Shown here: in pieces, positions 8,120 through 18,406 of the stretch
Layout: each line of letters starts with the position of its first letter
Numbering within the stretch: the first letter of the stretch is position 1
Position numbers and translations under genes: made by a program
Origin: Candidatus Multivoradales bacterium
GTDB taxonomy: Bacteria; Acidobacteriota; Thermoanaerobaculia; Multivoradales; Multivoraceae
Direction of reading: 5' to 3'
Length of the DNA stretch: 64,000 nucleotides
Assembly: GCA_965223325.1 (NCBI GenBank)
Contig: CBDCWI010000002.1
Span: 2,816,001 to 2,880,000, forward strand
Notes under the pieces: generated by a model
The model's input: only the letters and a program-made list of their open reading frames with translations
The model's database searches: none
What the model was told of the DNA's origin: nothing

Positions 8120-11100
8120 ATGGCTTTCTCACCCCGTGCCACCAGAAACCGGCACCCATGGCAGGCATGGCTCCAGGCTGGCGGCTGCCTCCTGGCAATC
8201 GCCTGCGCCGGCTCGCCAGCCCCGGCCGTCGATCCTCGTGACACCAGGTTGCTGAGCGAGCCCGATCTGTCGACCGAGCACATTGCCTTCGCTTACGCCG
8301 GCGACCTCTGGATCGGCCCACGGGACGGCGGTACCGCACGGCGCCTCACCGCCCACCCGGGAACCGAGAGCGACCCGAGGTTCTCGCCCGACGGCTCGCT
8401 GGTGGCATTCACCGGTGAGTACGACGGAAACGTTGACGTCTTCATCGTGCCGGTCAGCGGTGGCGCACCCCTGCGACTGACCTATCACCCTGGCGATGAT
8501 CGCATCGAAGGCTTCACCCCCGACGGCCGTGCCGTGCTCTTCTTCTCGCAGCGCGAGACGTTCACCAGCCGCCACACTCAGATCTTCTCGGTCGGCCTCG
8601 AGGGCGGTTTCCCAGACCGGCTGCCAATTCCCCAGGGCTTGCGCGCCGACATGGACCGCTCAGAGGAGCGCATTGCCTACGTGCCAACTCCCGAGCGTCA
8701 TCAACAGTGGAAGAACTACCGCGGCGGCACCGTGGCACGAATCTGGATCCAGTCGCTCGAGGATCATTCCGTCGTCGAAGTACCGCAACCGCCCAGTCGC
8801 TCGAACGACACCGATCCCGTCTTCGTCGACGGCAAGCTCTACTTCCGCTCGGACCGGGCGGGCGAGTTCAACATCTTCCAGTTCGATCCGTCAGATAGCG
8901 CCATCGAACAGCTGACCCATTTCGAAGACTTCCCGGTTCTAGCACTCGAGACTGACGGCACGTCTCTCGTGTTCGAACAGGCCGGCTACGTGCACTTGCT
9001 CGATCTCCGCGACTCCGGCAACACCCAACGGGTGAAGTTCTCCGTACCCGCAGATCTGCCCGACGTACGGCCGCGGTGGGTCTCTGGCACCCGTTGGATC
9101 CGCGGCGGCACCATATCGCCCACCGGCAAACGCGCCGCGCTCGAGTTCCGTGGCGACATTGTCACCCTGCCACGGAAAAAGGGCGACAGCCGTAACCTGA
9201 CCTCCTCCTCCGATGCGCACGAACGCGACCCGGCCTGGTCACCCGACGGTTCTCATATCGCCTACTTCTCCGATCAAAACGGTGAATACGAGCTCCACAT
9301 CGCCCCGCAAACGGGTGCGCGGGGCGACAGCAGTGCTCTTCGCGCCTTCGCTCTCGATGGCGCCGGCTTCTACGAAGACCTCGAGTGGTCACCTGACTCA
9401 CGCTACTTGACCTACTCCGACAACTCGTGGGCATTGTGGCTGCTCGACACCGAGGCCGGCCAGCAGACGAAGATCACCCAGACACCTCACTACGGCCCGG
9501 GCGGCGACTTTCGCCCCCTTCACCACGCCTGGTCGCCCGATTCCCGCTGGCTCGCCTATACCGTCAACACCCGGGCGTACGTGCAACAGGTCTTCATCTA
9601 CGACATGGAGAACGGCCAGTCGCACGCGGTGAGCGACGGCCTGTCAGAGACCAGCGACCCGGTCTTCGACAAGAGCGGCAAGTACCTCTACTTTCTTTCG
9701 TCGACTGACGCTGGTCCGGCGAAACACTGGTTTGCCATGTCCAACGCCGACGTCTCGGTCACTCATTCAGTGCAGATCGCCGTCCTCTCTGCCGATGAGC
9801 CATCGCCGCTGGGACCAGAGAGCGACGAGGAGCCCGACGAGGAAAGCGACGACGGCTCATCAGAAGCAGGCGCCGACGAAACACCCGAGACGCGCATCGA
9901 CTTCGATGGCCTCGACCAACGCATTCTCTCGATGCCGCTCGCCGCCGGTACCTACGCCGACCTACAGACCGGCCGTGCCGGTCAGGTCTGGTACCGACGG
10001 CTCGACACGGGACCGAACGCGACAGGTGCCGGAACGTTGGCGCACTACGACTTCGACGCGCGCGAAGAAAAGGTCATCGCCAAGCAGATCGACGGCTACC
10101 TGCTGAGCGCCAGCAGCACCCATCTCCTCTATGTGCGTGGAGACAACTGGGGCATCGCCGACGCCGGTCCCAAGATCGACCTCGGCGAGAGCCGAGTCAC
10201 GGTGGACGCACTGCGCACTCGCATCGACCCGCGCGCTGAGTGGCAACAGATCTTCGATGAGGTCTGGCGAATCAATCGTGACTATTTCTACGACCCCGGC
10301 ATGCACGGCGCCGACTGGCAGGCGATGGCAGAGAAGTACGCAGCCTTTCTGCCACACGTCACCTCGCGCGCCGACCTCAACCGCGTCCTGCAGTGGATGT
10401 GTAGCGAGATCGCGGTCGGCCATCATCGAGTCGGCGGAGGCGACCTGGGGGACTCGACTCCGACGATCCCGGGCGGCCTGCTCGGAGCCGACTGGGAGGT
10501 CGACCAGAATCGCTACCGACTGCGCCGCATCTATGGCGGGCTCAACTGGAACCCGGAGCTGCGCGCACCGCTCACCGAACCAGGCGTGCAGGTCCGGGAG
10601 GGCGATTACCTGCTGGCCGTCGACGGTATCGAGCTCACCTCCGAAGAAAACCTGTTCGCACGCTTCGAACACACCGCCGACCGCACGGTCGAACTGCGAG
10701 TGGCGAGCACTCCGACCGGCGAAGACGCCCGCACCATGAATGTGCGACCGATCGCCGACGAGGGGGCCTTGCGCAACCGGGCGTGGGTCGAAGGCAACCT
10801 TCAGAAGGTCCACGACGCAACCAACGGCCGCGTCGCCTACGTCTACGTCCCCAACACGACGACGGCTGGTCACACCTACTTCAAGCGCTACTTCTATCCG
10901 CAGGTCGACAAACAGGCACTGATCGTCGACGAACGCTTCAACGGTGGTGGCCAGGTCGCCGACTACTACATCGACCATTTGCGCAGGCCACTCATTTCCT
11001 GGTGGGCCACCCGCTACGGCGACGCGCTGATGACGCCGAGCGCGTCGATTCAAGGACCCAAGGTGATGTTGATCGACGAAACCGCCGGCTCCGGCGGTGA

Positions 11101-11431
11101 CCTCCTGCCGTGGATGTTCAGAAAGCTCGAGCTAGGAACCCTGGTGGGTAAACGGACGTGGGGCGGCCTGGTCGGCACTCTGGGCTTTCCCAATCTGATC
11201 GACGGTGGTTTCGTGACCGCACCCAATCTGGCGATCTGGAACGAAGACGGGTTCATCGTCGAGAACGTCGGCGTACCACCCGATGTCGAGGTCGAGCAGT
11301 GGCCCGCCGACGTCCTGGCCGGTCGCGATCCACAGCTCGAGCAGGCCATCAAGGTCGTTCTCGAGGAGCTGGAGCGCGCACCGCCCATCCGCCCCGAGCG
11401 GCCGCCGTTCCCAATTCGCGCCAGGCCCTAG
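8120..11431 (+). CDS. Tricorn protease homolog (S41 peptidase with beta-propellers and PDZ)
   Basis: WD40-like PRFSPDG/PAWSPDG repeats, DERFNGGG, catalytic AGSGGD, GKRTWGG; signal peptide; RBS GAGGAG near 8108 (start 8102-8120). Confidence 0.93.
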   Translation: MAFSPRATRNRHPWQAWLQAGGCLLAIACAGSPAPAVDPRDTRLLSEPDLSTEHIAFAYAGDLWIGPRDGGTARRLTAHPGTESDPRFSPDGSLVAFTGEYDGNVDVFIVPVSGGAPLRLTYHPGDDRIEGFTPDGRAVLFFSQRETFTSRHTQIFSVGLEGGFPDRLPIPQGLRADMDRSEERIAYVPTPERHQQWKNYRGGTVARIWIQSLEDHSVVEVPQPPSRSNDTDPVFVDGKLYFRSDRAGEFNIFQFDPSDSAIEQLTHFEDFPVLALETDGTSLVFEQAGYVHLLDLRDSGNTQRVKFSVPADLPDVRPRWVSGTRWIRGGTISPTGKRAALEFRGDIVTLPRKKGDSRNLTSSSDAHERDPAWSPDGSHIAYFSDQNGEYELHIAPQTGARGDSSALRAFALDGAGFYEDLEWSPDSRYLTYSDNSWALWLLDTEAGQQTKITQTPHYGPGGDFRPLHHAWSPDSRWLAYTVNTRAYVQQVFIYDMENGQSHAVSDGLSETSDPVFDKSGKYLYFLSSTDAGPAKHWFAMSNADVSVTHSVQIAVLSADEPSPLGPESDEEPDEESDDGSSEAGADETPETRIDFDGLDQRILSMPLAAGTYADLQTGRAGQVWYRRLDTGPNATGAGTLAHYDFDAREEKVIAKQIDGYLLSASSTHLLYVRGDNWGIADAGPKIDLGESRVTVDALRTRIDPRAEWQQIFDEVWRINRDYFYDPGMHGADWQAMAEKYAAFLPHVTSRADLNRVLQWMCSEIAVGHHRVGGGDLGDSTPTIPGGLLGADWEVDQNRYRLRRIYGGLNWNPELRAPLTEPGVQVREGDYLLAVDGIELTSEENLFARFEHTADRTVELRVASTPTGEDARTMNVRPIADEGALRNRAWVEGNLQKVHDATNGRVAYVYVPNTTTAGHTYFKRYFYPQVDKQALIVDERFNGGGQVADYYIDHLRRPLISWWATRYGDALMTPSASIQGPKVMLIDETAGSGGDLLPWMFRKLELGTLVGKRTWGGLVGTLGFPNLIDGGFVTAPNLAIWNEDGFIVENVGVPPDVEVEQWPADVLAGRDPQLEQAIKVVLEELERAPPIRPERPPFPIRARP

Positions 11432-11460
11432 GCCCTCACTCTTGGCTGGGGGAGCGATTG

Positions 11461-12390
11461 GTGAATGACGAGCGCGAGCTCCTGGCAATCGTCAATCCGG
11501 CGGCGGGCAACGGTCGCGGGGCCCGGCGCGCCACGCCCCTACTTGAACGCCTGGGCCGCTCGCGCAAGATCACGGTTCGGCATACCGAAAAGGTCGGCGA
11601 CGCCTTCGCCTGGGCCGCAGAAGCGAGCCGGCAGTCGGGTTCCTGCGACATCATCGCGGTCGGTGGTGATGGCACGGCGTTCGAGATCGTCAACGGGGTC
11701 TGTTCGGCAACACCAGGACAGAGCGCCGAGAGGCGGCCGGGGCTCGCGATGTTGCCCGTCGGAACCGGCAACTCGATGGTCCACGACCTGGCGCCGGAAG
11801 GAGCAGATGAGGTTCTCGGCAGACTTCTCGGCGGCCACTCGAGGCCGGTCGATGTACTGCGGGTGGATCTGGAGAACCCGGCCGGCGAGCCAGAGCACCT
11901 CTGGGCGCTCGGCAACCTGAGCCTGGGCTTCGCGGTCGAGGTCGTGCAGGCCACCGAAGAACGTCTCAAAGGACTCGGTGTCTTCGGCTACACCGCGGGG
12001 GTGTTCGCGGCACTCCACGGCCTTTCTCCTACCGTCTTCGACCTCGGTTGTGACGGCGAGGCCAGCGAAGAGCACGCTGCCCTCCTGGTCTCGATCAGCA
12101 ACAACCCCACGCTCGGCGGCAACATGACCATGTCACCGGGCGCGCGCGTCGACGACGGCGTCTTCGACCTCATCGAAGTGCTACCGGTAGGTCGGTTCGA
12201 GCTTCTGCGCGCGTTCCCGCGCATCTTCCGTGGCACCCACCTCCGCCATCCAAGAGTCCGACACCGGCAGGCGGCTAAGTTCCTACTCGACACCAGGGGC
12301 GTTACAACACTGCTCATCGATGGCGAACTGCGGCGCGGCCACATCAAGAACGCCTGCGTCGAACCGGCGGCGATCAACCTCATGTTCTAG
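11461..12390 (+). CDS. Diacylglycerol kinase family lipid kinase
   Basis: NPAAG, GGDGT, LPVGTGN and IDGE motifs; start placed after the tricorn stop. Confidence 0.88.
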   Translation: MNDERELLAIVNPAAGNGRGARRATPLLERLGRSRKITVRHTEKVGDAFAWAAEASRQSGSCDIIAVGGDGTAFEIVNGVCSATPGQSAERRPGLAMLPVGTGNSMVHDLAPEGADEVLGRLLGGHSRPVDVLRVDLENPAGEPEHLWALGNLSLGFAVEVVQATEERLKGLGVFGYTAGVFAALHGLSPTVFDLGCDGEASEEHAALLVSISNNPTLGGNMTMSPGARVDDGVFDLIEVLPVGRFELLRAFPRIFRGTHLRHPRVRHRQAAKFLLDTRGVTTLLIDGELRRGHIKNACVEPAAINLMF

Positions 12391-12421
12391 CGTCCTTCTT
12401 ACCCCCGGGCTGCCCTTGCGA

Positions 12422-12763
12422 TCACGTCGGTAAGTCGTCCCAGCTGCGCTCGATGGCACGCAGGTGCACGCCCTGCCCGATGCGGTAGCCGAGATGAACT
12501 GCTACCAGCAGGACTCCAACCGTAAAGACGGTCTCTTCACTTCGTCCGAGGAAGAGAAACGTCTCCTGGCGGTCGCGCAAGAGAAAGAGCAGCAGGATCG
12601 CTGCCCCGTGAATCAGAACGACGACCCAGGTGCGGCGACTCGCCCTCGAAAGCTCGTCGCGCGCGATCTCACGGCCCTCGGGGCTCTCGAGGTCCTCCCC
12701 TTCGGGAACTCGGACGGAAGCGATATCGAGTAACAACTCGCGAACCACTCGTGATCGAAGCAA
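12422..12763 (-). CDS. Hypothetical membrane protein
   Basis: Two hydrophobic helices; fills an intergenic gap. Confidence 0.6.
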   Translation of the reverse strand: MLRSRVVRELLLDIASVRVPEGEDLESPEGREIARDELSRASRRTWVVVLIHGAAILLLFLLRDRQETFLFLGRSEETVFTVGVLLVAVHLGYRIGQGVHLRAIERSWDDLPT

Positions 12764-12953
12764 AGCACCCTCCTGCCAGGCACGGACTGCTGGCGTTCTG
12801 ACTCAGCGAATCGGAATCAGGGCCGAGGCTAGCAGTGAGAACCGCCGCACCGGCTATTGCTCGGTGCCGGCGCGGAACTTTGCCCACGTCAACACGTAGA
12901 CCATCCCGTATTCTCTGGTATCGATTCCACTCGCCTCAGACAGGAGCCGCTCG

Positions 12954-13523
12954 ATGCGCCGCGCCCAAGACAACTTTCATGTTCCCACTCCGCGAATCCT
13001 GCGAGCCGTCGGAATCCTCTGCTGTGTCGTCCTGGCTTGGGCCGGCCTCCAGACCGCAACGGCACAGGAGCGTGGCAACGACGAGATCCGACGCAGCAAG
13101 AACGGCGTCGCAGAAGGCGAGCTCGGCGGCATCGAAACGCGGATCACCTACGGCCGCCCGGCCGCCCGCGGTCGGCAGCTATGGGGAAAGCTGGTCCCCT
13201 TTGGCGAAGTCTGGCGCGCCGGCGCCGATGAGGCGACCACGATCACCTTTGCCGAACCGGCGACTCTCGGCGGCCAAGAGGTCCCCGCTGGTACTTACGC
13301 CCTCTTCGTTCTACCCGACGAAGCATCGTGGATGTTCATCATCAACGCCGTCGCCAACCAGTGGGGAGCCTTCGCCTACGACGAAAGCCAGGATCTGGCA
13401 AGGATCCGCGCCAAGGTAGAGGAAGCGAACCAGTTCGCCGAACAGCTGACGTTCACCATCGAGAACGATCGCGTTCGGCTGCAGTGGGGGAGCGCGACGG
13501 CGTCGTTCGCACTCGACGACTGA
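12954..13523 (+). CDS. DUF2911 family secreted protein
   Basis: YGRP..RGR, LVPFGEVWRAGADEAT, AGTYALF, QWGAFAY pattern. Confidence 0.85.
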   Translation: MRRAQDNFHVPTPRILRAVGILCCVVLAWAGLQTATAQERGNDEIRRSKNGVAEGELGGIETRITYGRPAARGRQLWGKLVPFGEVWRAGADEATTITFAEPATLGGQEVPAGTYALFVLPDEASWMFIINAVANQWGAFAYDESQDLARIRAKVEEANQFAEQLTFTIENDRVRLQWGSATASFALDD

Positions 13524-13598
13524 CGCCAGGCGATCGGAACGCACCGGGCCGGCAGTGACCCCGGCCCGGCAGAGAGCGCCAGATTCACCTCCACCTCG

Positions 13599-14105
13599 TC
13601 AGTCCCCCTCAGACCGCCGACGCACTTCCAGGGTCTCACGCAAGAGGTCCAGGACTGCCCGATCCTTGGAACGATTTGCCTCCTCTTTGGTTGCAATCAG
13701 CGTCTCGAGCCCCAGGACCGAAACCGCCATGCCATGAATCACATGTTGGCCCGATCCTTCGAGGAGGTCTTCGTAGGCTCGTCCCTCACCCACGGTCGCA
13801 AGGACATCGAGGCGTCCGAAACGAGTCCGGAAGAGGTGGTGACCGCCCCGCCGAAGGCGCCCTGGATCTGGCCGGACCGTACGTCCCGCCGGGTCGACAT
13901 AGATCGCATCCAGCGCCGCGAGTGCCTCCACGAGTCGCCGCACGTTGGCATCAGAGTTCTCGTAGACCACGTCGAGGTCGAACGTTGACACGGGCGACCC
14001 CTCGAGGACTGCGGCCACCCCGCCGACGACGATGAAGTCGACTTTCGACGTGGTGAGGGCCCGAAGAAGATCGACGAAACGAACCGGCCGCCGTTCGTCA
14101 GCCAT
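13599..14105 (-). CDS. Nucleotidyltransferase-fold protein (DUF6036/AbiEii-like), putative toxin
   Basis: FIVVGGVAA...TFDLDV motif; C-terminal LIATK...RSKD. Confidence 0.75.
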   Translation of the reverse strand: MADERRPVRFVDLLRALTTSKVDFIVVGGVAAVLEGSPVSTFDLDVVYENSDANVRRLVEALAALDAIYVDPAGRTVRPDPGRLRRGGHHLFRTRFGRLDVLATVGEGRAYEDLLEGSGQHVIHGMAVSVLGLETLIATKEEANRSKDRAVLDLLRETLEVRRRSEGD

Positions 14106-14295
14106 GAACAGGTGTCCAGAACGCATCGACGAAGTCCTGGAGCACCTCGAGCCTAGCCTCGGCGCTCAGGGAAAGGGACCAGCAAATCAAGTCGAGATCG
14201 GCCATCGAAGCACTCGCCGAATCTCCAAACGCAGGCTCTGACATATCGGCCGGGTCATCGTCGCAAGGGGTCGTTTCCTTTGTCTCGACACTCAC
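14098..14295 (-). CDS. Small protein overlapping the nucleotidyltransferase, putative antitoxin
   Basis: DLDLICWSLSLSAEARLEVLQ helix; 8-nt overlap with the downstream start; extended -10 TGtTATCGT 6 nt before GTG 14295. Confidence 0.55.
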   Translation of the reverse strand: MSVETKETTPCDDDPADMSEPAFGDSASASMADLDLICWSLSLSAEARLEVLQDFVDAFWTPVHG

Positions 14296-14400
14296 TCGAG
14301 AACGATAACAGTCAGGAACCGGTGGCCTGACCGCACGCCGCGAGTGTCGAGAACACGCTGCTAGGCTGAAGCGAAACCACCACACCTCAGGAGGCTCCTC

Positions 14401-14793
14401 ATGACCACCACTCTCTGGTGCCTGCTCGTCGTCGCCCTGCTTCCCTACGGGCTCGCCGGGCTCGGCGGATACTTCCGCCTCTCACAGCTCGGCAGGATCG
14501 ACAACAAAAACCCTCGCGCGCAAGCACGCGAACTGACAGGCGCGGGCGCACGGGCGGTCGCCGCACAGGCCAACGCGTGGGAGGCGACGGCCTTCTTCGC
14601 CGCGGCAGTGGTCGTGACCCATCTGGCCGGCGTTCCCGAGGCGGCACTGGCACCCTGGGCGATCGCCTACCTGGTCACCCGGCTGCTCCATCCCGTGCTC
14701 TACCTCGCCAACCTCGACCTCGTACGTTCACTCGTCTTCGTTGCCGGCCTGGGTTGCATCGTGATGATGTTCATCAAGGCAGCAGGGGTCTAG
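14401..14793 (+). CDS. MAPEG family protein
   Basis: DNKNPR, ARAVAAQANAWE, TRLLHPVLY; strong RBS AGGAGG. Confidence 0.88.
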   Translation: MTTTLWCLLVVALLPYGLAGLGGYFRLSQLGRIDNKNPRAQARELTGAGARAVAAQANAWEATAFFAAAVVVTHLAGVPEAALAPWAIAYLVTRLLHPVLYLANLDLVRSLVFVAGLGCIVMMFIKAAGV

Positions 14794-14798
14794 CGAAC

Positions 14799-15881
14799 TC
14801 ACCGCCGCGCGACGCGGTTGGGCCGCAGCAGTTCGACGGTCATCGAACGCGGCGCGAGCGCCCGCACGCGGCTGGCCGTAAGAGCCCCCATGGCGGCGTC
14901 TGCGCGTTCGCCCGAAAGCGTGATGCGAACGACTGCATCGGGGTCGAGTTGCGCCAGTCGAGCGGTGAGCGCCTGTTCGGCTTGCGCCGCTGTCCTTCCT
15001 TCGACGGAAAGCTCGAGGGCGATGAGTGGACGAGCCGGGAGCGGATGGAACGTCCACCGCTTCAACCGTCCGCCGCGGTCGCTACCTTCGAAGTCGAGGA
15101 TCAAGAAGCCCTTCGTTTCGTCACGCTCTGCCATGCTGGTGCGTTCGATCGAGCCGGGGTAGAAGACCGGTGCTGATAGCGGGCGCCCCCTCAGGTCTCG
15201 CACAAGCACCTGGTGACGATGAATGTGGCCTGCAAGGACGGCCGCAAAGTCAGCCGGCAGGTCACGCCCGGTAATCACGTCTTCGCCGGGCCTGAAAGTG
15301 AAACCGGAGGGCCCAACCCGGGCACCCTCGACGGTCTGATGAATCACCAGCAGCCGGACCTGGGCGTCGACGCGCGCGGCGCCCGTTTCGGCAACGAGGT
15401 CTCGGAAGCGCCGGTTGATGCCACCGCGCACCGAGGGGAAACCGGCAATCGCCACCCGCGAGCCCCGCACGTCGAGCTCGACCGTGCGCGGATGATCGAG
15501 TAGGTAGAGGCCCGGGTGAATGCCCAGGATAGGAAATGGCAGGTGGGAGCGCTCGTGGTTGCCCAGGGCGAGAACGACCGGAACGCCCGCGTCGGCAACT
15601 CTCTTGAGCGGCGCGAGTGCGCGGTCGACGAGAGAAAGAGGCACCTTGCTGCGAAAGAGCAGGTCACCGCCGTGGACCACCACATCGACCTCACCTCGGA
15701 CCGCAGGCGCCAGCGCGCGCTCGTAGTTGGCGAAGAAGTCCGGGCCTCGCCGGCGACGGACGACGCGCGGGCGCCGCGGTTCGTCGAAGCCGAGGTGGGT
15801 GTCGGCGAGGAAGAGCACGCGGAGGTTGGTAGGCTGACCTGTCTTCACCCCCGCAGGGTACCGGCTCGCTGATCGCTCCAT
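14799..15881 (-). CDS. Mre11/SbcD-like metallophosphoesterase (DNA repair exonuclease)
   Basis: DTHLG, GGDL, GNHE, GHIH and YPGSIER motifs; start at 15881 or 15848. Confidence 0.85.
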   Translation of the reverse strand: MERSASRYPAGVKTGQPTNLRVLFLADTHLGFDEPRRPRVVRRRRGPDFFANYERALAPAVRGEVDVVVHGGDLLFRSKVPLSLVDRALAPLKRVADAGVPVVLALGNHERSHLPFPILGIHPGLYLLDHPRTVELDVRGSRVAIAGFPSVRGGINRRFRDLVAETGAARVDAQVRLLVIHQTVEGARVGPSGFTFRPGEDVITGRDLPADFAAVLAGHIHRHQVLVRDLRGRPLSAPVFYPGSIERTSMAERDETKGFLILDFEGSDRGGRLKRWTFHPLPARPLIALELSVEGRTAAQAEQALTARLAQLDPDAVVRITLSGERADAAMGALTASRVRALAPRSMTVELLRPNRVARR

Positions 15882-15935
15882 AGCTGACCGCCACGCCGGA
15901 AACAGCGTAGCGTTGGCTGCGTATTCACTATTGAG

Positions 15936-16589
15936 ATGAGCACACCCCGCCAGTCCGTTCGGATCGCCTGGGCCCTGATGACGATCTTGTCGCTCGGCGT
16001 GGCCCTCTACGGTTTGAGCTTCCTGTTCGCTGAGGGATCGAGCCCCGCCAGTGGCGGCACCCCTTCGAACAATGACGAACACTTCCCCTGGTTGCTCGAC
16101 CAACACTGGGTCCGCTTTGCGGCCCACTTCGTGTTCGGCCCGATCGCGCTTGCCATCGGCCCGTTTCAGTTTCTGACCACACTCCGCAACCGGCGACCGC
16201 AGCTGCATCGCGGGCTGGGCTACGTCTATGCCGGCTCGATCGCCATCGCTGGTACGGCCGGACTGGCGCTGGCCACGACCGCCTGGGGCGGCCTGAGCAC
16301 TTCGATCGGCTTCGGCATGCTCGCCGTCCTCTGGCTCTTCTTTACGTTCGGTGCTGTCTGGCATGCCCGTGCGCGGCGCTACGCCGAGCACCGCCGGTTC
16401 ATGGTGCGCTCGTTTGCGTTGACATTCGCCGCCGTGACCCTTCGGCTGTGGATTCCGTTCTTCATGATGCAGGGACACAGCTTCGACGAGACCTACCGGA
16501 CGGTTGCGTGGTTGGCATGGGTCCCCAACCTGATGTTCGCTGAGTGGTGGCTGCGGCCACGGAAGGCCCGCGACGCCGCAAGCGCCTGA
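15936..16589 (+). CDS. DUF2306 membrane protein
   Basis: GPFQF...HRGLGYVY; HRRFMVRSFALTFAAVTLR; WVPNL. Confidence 0.85.
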   Translation: MSTPRQSVRIAWALMTILSLGVALYGLSFLFAEGSSPASGGTPSNNDEHFPWLLDQHWVRFAAHFVFGPIALAIGPFQFLTTLRNRRPQLHRGLGYVYAGSIAIAGTAGLALATTAWGGLSTSIGFGMLAVLWLFFTFGAVWHARARRYAEHRRFMVRSFALTFAAVTLRLWIPFFMMQGHSFDETYRTVAWLAWVPNLMFAEWWLRPRKARDAASA

Positions 16590-16663
16590 GCTCTAGACGG
16601 CGCCGCGACCTTGCGTGGTGTCAGAATGCACCGACACTCACTCAGTTCTGGAAGGGGTAACTC

Positions 16664-18052
16664 ATGCCGCTGCGACTGGTGCGCGCGAGCTGCGCAACCA
16701 CTGCCTCTCGCCCAACTGTTTTCCGGGCGGTCCTGGTCACAGCGCCGGTTGCTTCGGCGCTTCTCCTTCTAACCCTCGCCGGCCCGGGTGTCCGACTGGT
16801 TGTCGCCGAAGGCCTTCTCGCGGGCGTTGGTGTCTCCGACCTGACACCCAACACCGACGAGCTCGAGGTGCCGCTGGGCGGCTACGGCGAGCGGCAGAAC
16901 CGCCCGGCCGAGGGTGTTCACGATTCCGTTCTCGCCAAGACCCTGGTGCTCGCTGCCAGTGATGAACGGTTCGCACTCATAACGACCGACCTGCTCGGAC
17001 CGACGCGGGACCTTCGCAATGAAGTGCTGGAACGCATCACCGCGACTGGAATCTCCTCGCACAATCTCGTTCTGGCGGCGAGCCACTCGCACGCCAGCAT
17101 CGAGATGAACGCCATGCATCGCGGCAACGTGTTCAACAACAAATCGATCGGCATTTTCGATGAACGGGTACTCGAGTTCGCCGCCGATCGCATCGCCGCC
17201 TCGGTTGTTGCCGCCGCGAGTGCTCTCGAGCCGGTTCGGGTAGCCAGCACCACCGTTCAGATTCCCGGGATGAACCGTAACCGTCGCGGCGACGAGACCG
17301 TCGACGAGGACATGACTCTCTTGCGTCTTGATCGCGCCACCGGCGAACCCCTGGCGGTCCTCGTCAACTACACCGCCCATCCGACCTTCATGGGCCCTAG
17401 CGAGATGTTGTTCTCGGCCGGTTGGCCCGGATACCTGCAGCGAGAACTCGAGGCTCACCTCGGCGGCAGCACCGTCGTTCTCTTTACCAACGGCGCCGAA
17501 GGTGACCAGAGCACGCGCGGTGCAGTGGGCCCGAGTGCCTTTGCACGGGCGGAGGACTACGGCCGCAAGCTCTCCCTCTTCGCGCTCGCGGCCCTCTCCC
17601 AGATGAAGACCACAAACGACATGGCCACGATGGAGTGGCACACCCGTACCATCGAGCTGCCGGCGCGGGTCCCGCCACCGGCGCTCATGGAGTCTGCCGG
17701 CCCCGAGTATGGGCTCACGCCCGAGAACATCAAAACGCTCACCGAGGCCATGCAGCCAACCTCGACCTTGATGACCGTCTTTCGAATTGGCGACCTGGGG
17801 GCCGTCACGATCTCCGGCGAGATGGCAGCAGGGCTCGGCCTGGAGATCAAGCATTCTCTGCGCGAGCTGGGAATCAAACACCCGATGATCGTGGGACTCG
17901 CCAATGAGTGGATCAGCTACATCCTCTCGACCGAGGGATATCACGGGGGCGGCTACGAGCCAGGGCTGTCGTTCTACGGCGAGGGACTCGGCCCCTTCCT
18001 GGTGGACGAGGCGGAGAAGACCGCCAGCCACCTGTTGGAACGAGGGCAGTAG
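16664..18052 (+). CDS. Neutral/alkaline ceramidase N-terminal domain family hydrolase
   Basis: PLGGYG, GVHD, ASHSH, NYTAHPT and GAEGD motifs. Confidence 0.8.
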   Translation: MPLRLVRASCATTASRPTVFRAVLVTAPVASALLLLTLAGPGVRLVVAEGLLAGVGVSDLTPNTDELEVPLGGYGERQNRPAEGVHDSVLAKTLVLAASDERFALITTDLLGPTRDLRNEVLERITATGISSHNLVLAASHSHASIEMNAMHRGNVFNNKSIGIFDERVLEFAADRIAASVVAAASALEPVRVASTTVQIPGMNRNRRGDETVDEDMTLLRLDRATGEPLAVLVNYTAHPTFMGPSEMLFSAGWPGYLQRELEAHLGGSTVVLFTNGAEGDQSTRGAVGPSAFARAEDYGRKLSLFALAALSQMKTTNDMATMEWHTRTIELPARVPPPALMESAGPEYGLTPENIKTLTEAMQPTSTLMTVFRIGDLGAVTISGEMAAGLGLEIKHSLRELGIKHPMIVGLANEWISYILSTEGYHGGGYEPGLSFYGEGLGPFLVDEAEKTASHLLERGQ

Positions 18053-18110
18053 GACGCCCCACGACGCGGTTGCCGAGCCCAAATGCCGTGACGCATCACA
18101 GGCGTGAATA

Positions 18111-18145
18111 TTGACCATGGTCTTTGACCATAGTAAGATATTTGG
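18111..18145 (+). promoter_or_regulatory. Sigma-70 promoter with tandem operator (TA autoregulation), leaderless
   Basis: TTGACC-17-TAAGAT-6 nt-ATG; overlapping GACCATGGTC palindrome and second GACCATAGT site. Confidence 0.75.
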
Positions 18146-18406
18146 ATGGAAGAAGTCGCCATTTCCCGCTTCAAAGCGACCTGTCTCGAGCTCTTGCGCC
18201 GGGTCCAGATGACTGGTCAGCCCATTCTCGTGACCAGGCATGGCGAACCCATCGCCGAGGTTCGACCGCCAGGCCAACTGCCACGTGGGGCCCGCCTGAT
18301 GGGGTGCATGGAGGGAACCGGCGAGGTCCTTGGCGACATCATCTCCCCAGCCGTGCCGATCGACGGGTGGGCAGTCTTCAACGAAGAGCCTCCGAGCGAC
18401 AGGTGA
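18146..18406 (+). CDS. Phd/YefM family antitoxin
   Basis: ISRFKATCLELLRRVQMTGQPILVTRHGEPIAEV. Confidence 0.88.
   Translation: MEEVAISRFKATCLELLRRVQMTGQPILVTRHGEPIAEVRPPGQLPRGARLMGCMEGTGEVLGDIISPAVPIDGWAVFNEEPPSDR

Noticed and set aside
14799-16478. 559-aa version of the SbcD-like ORF
   Set aside because: The N-terminal 200 aa are the antisense of the DUF2306 gene; the real start is near 15881/15848
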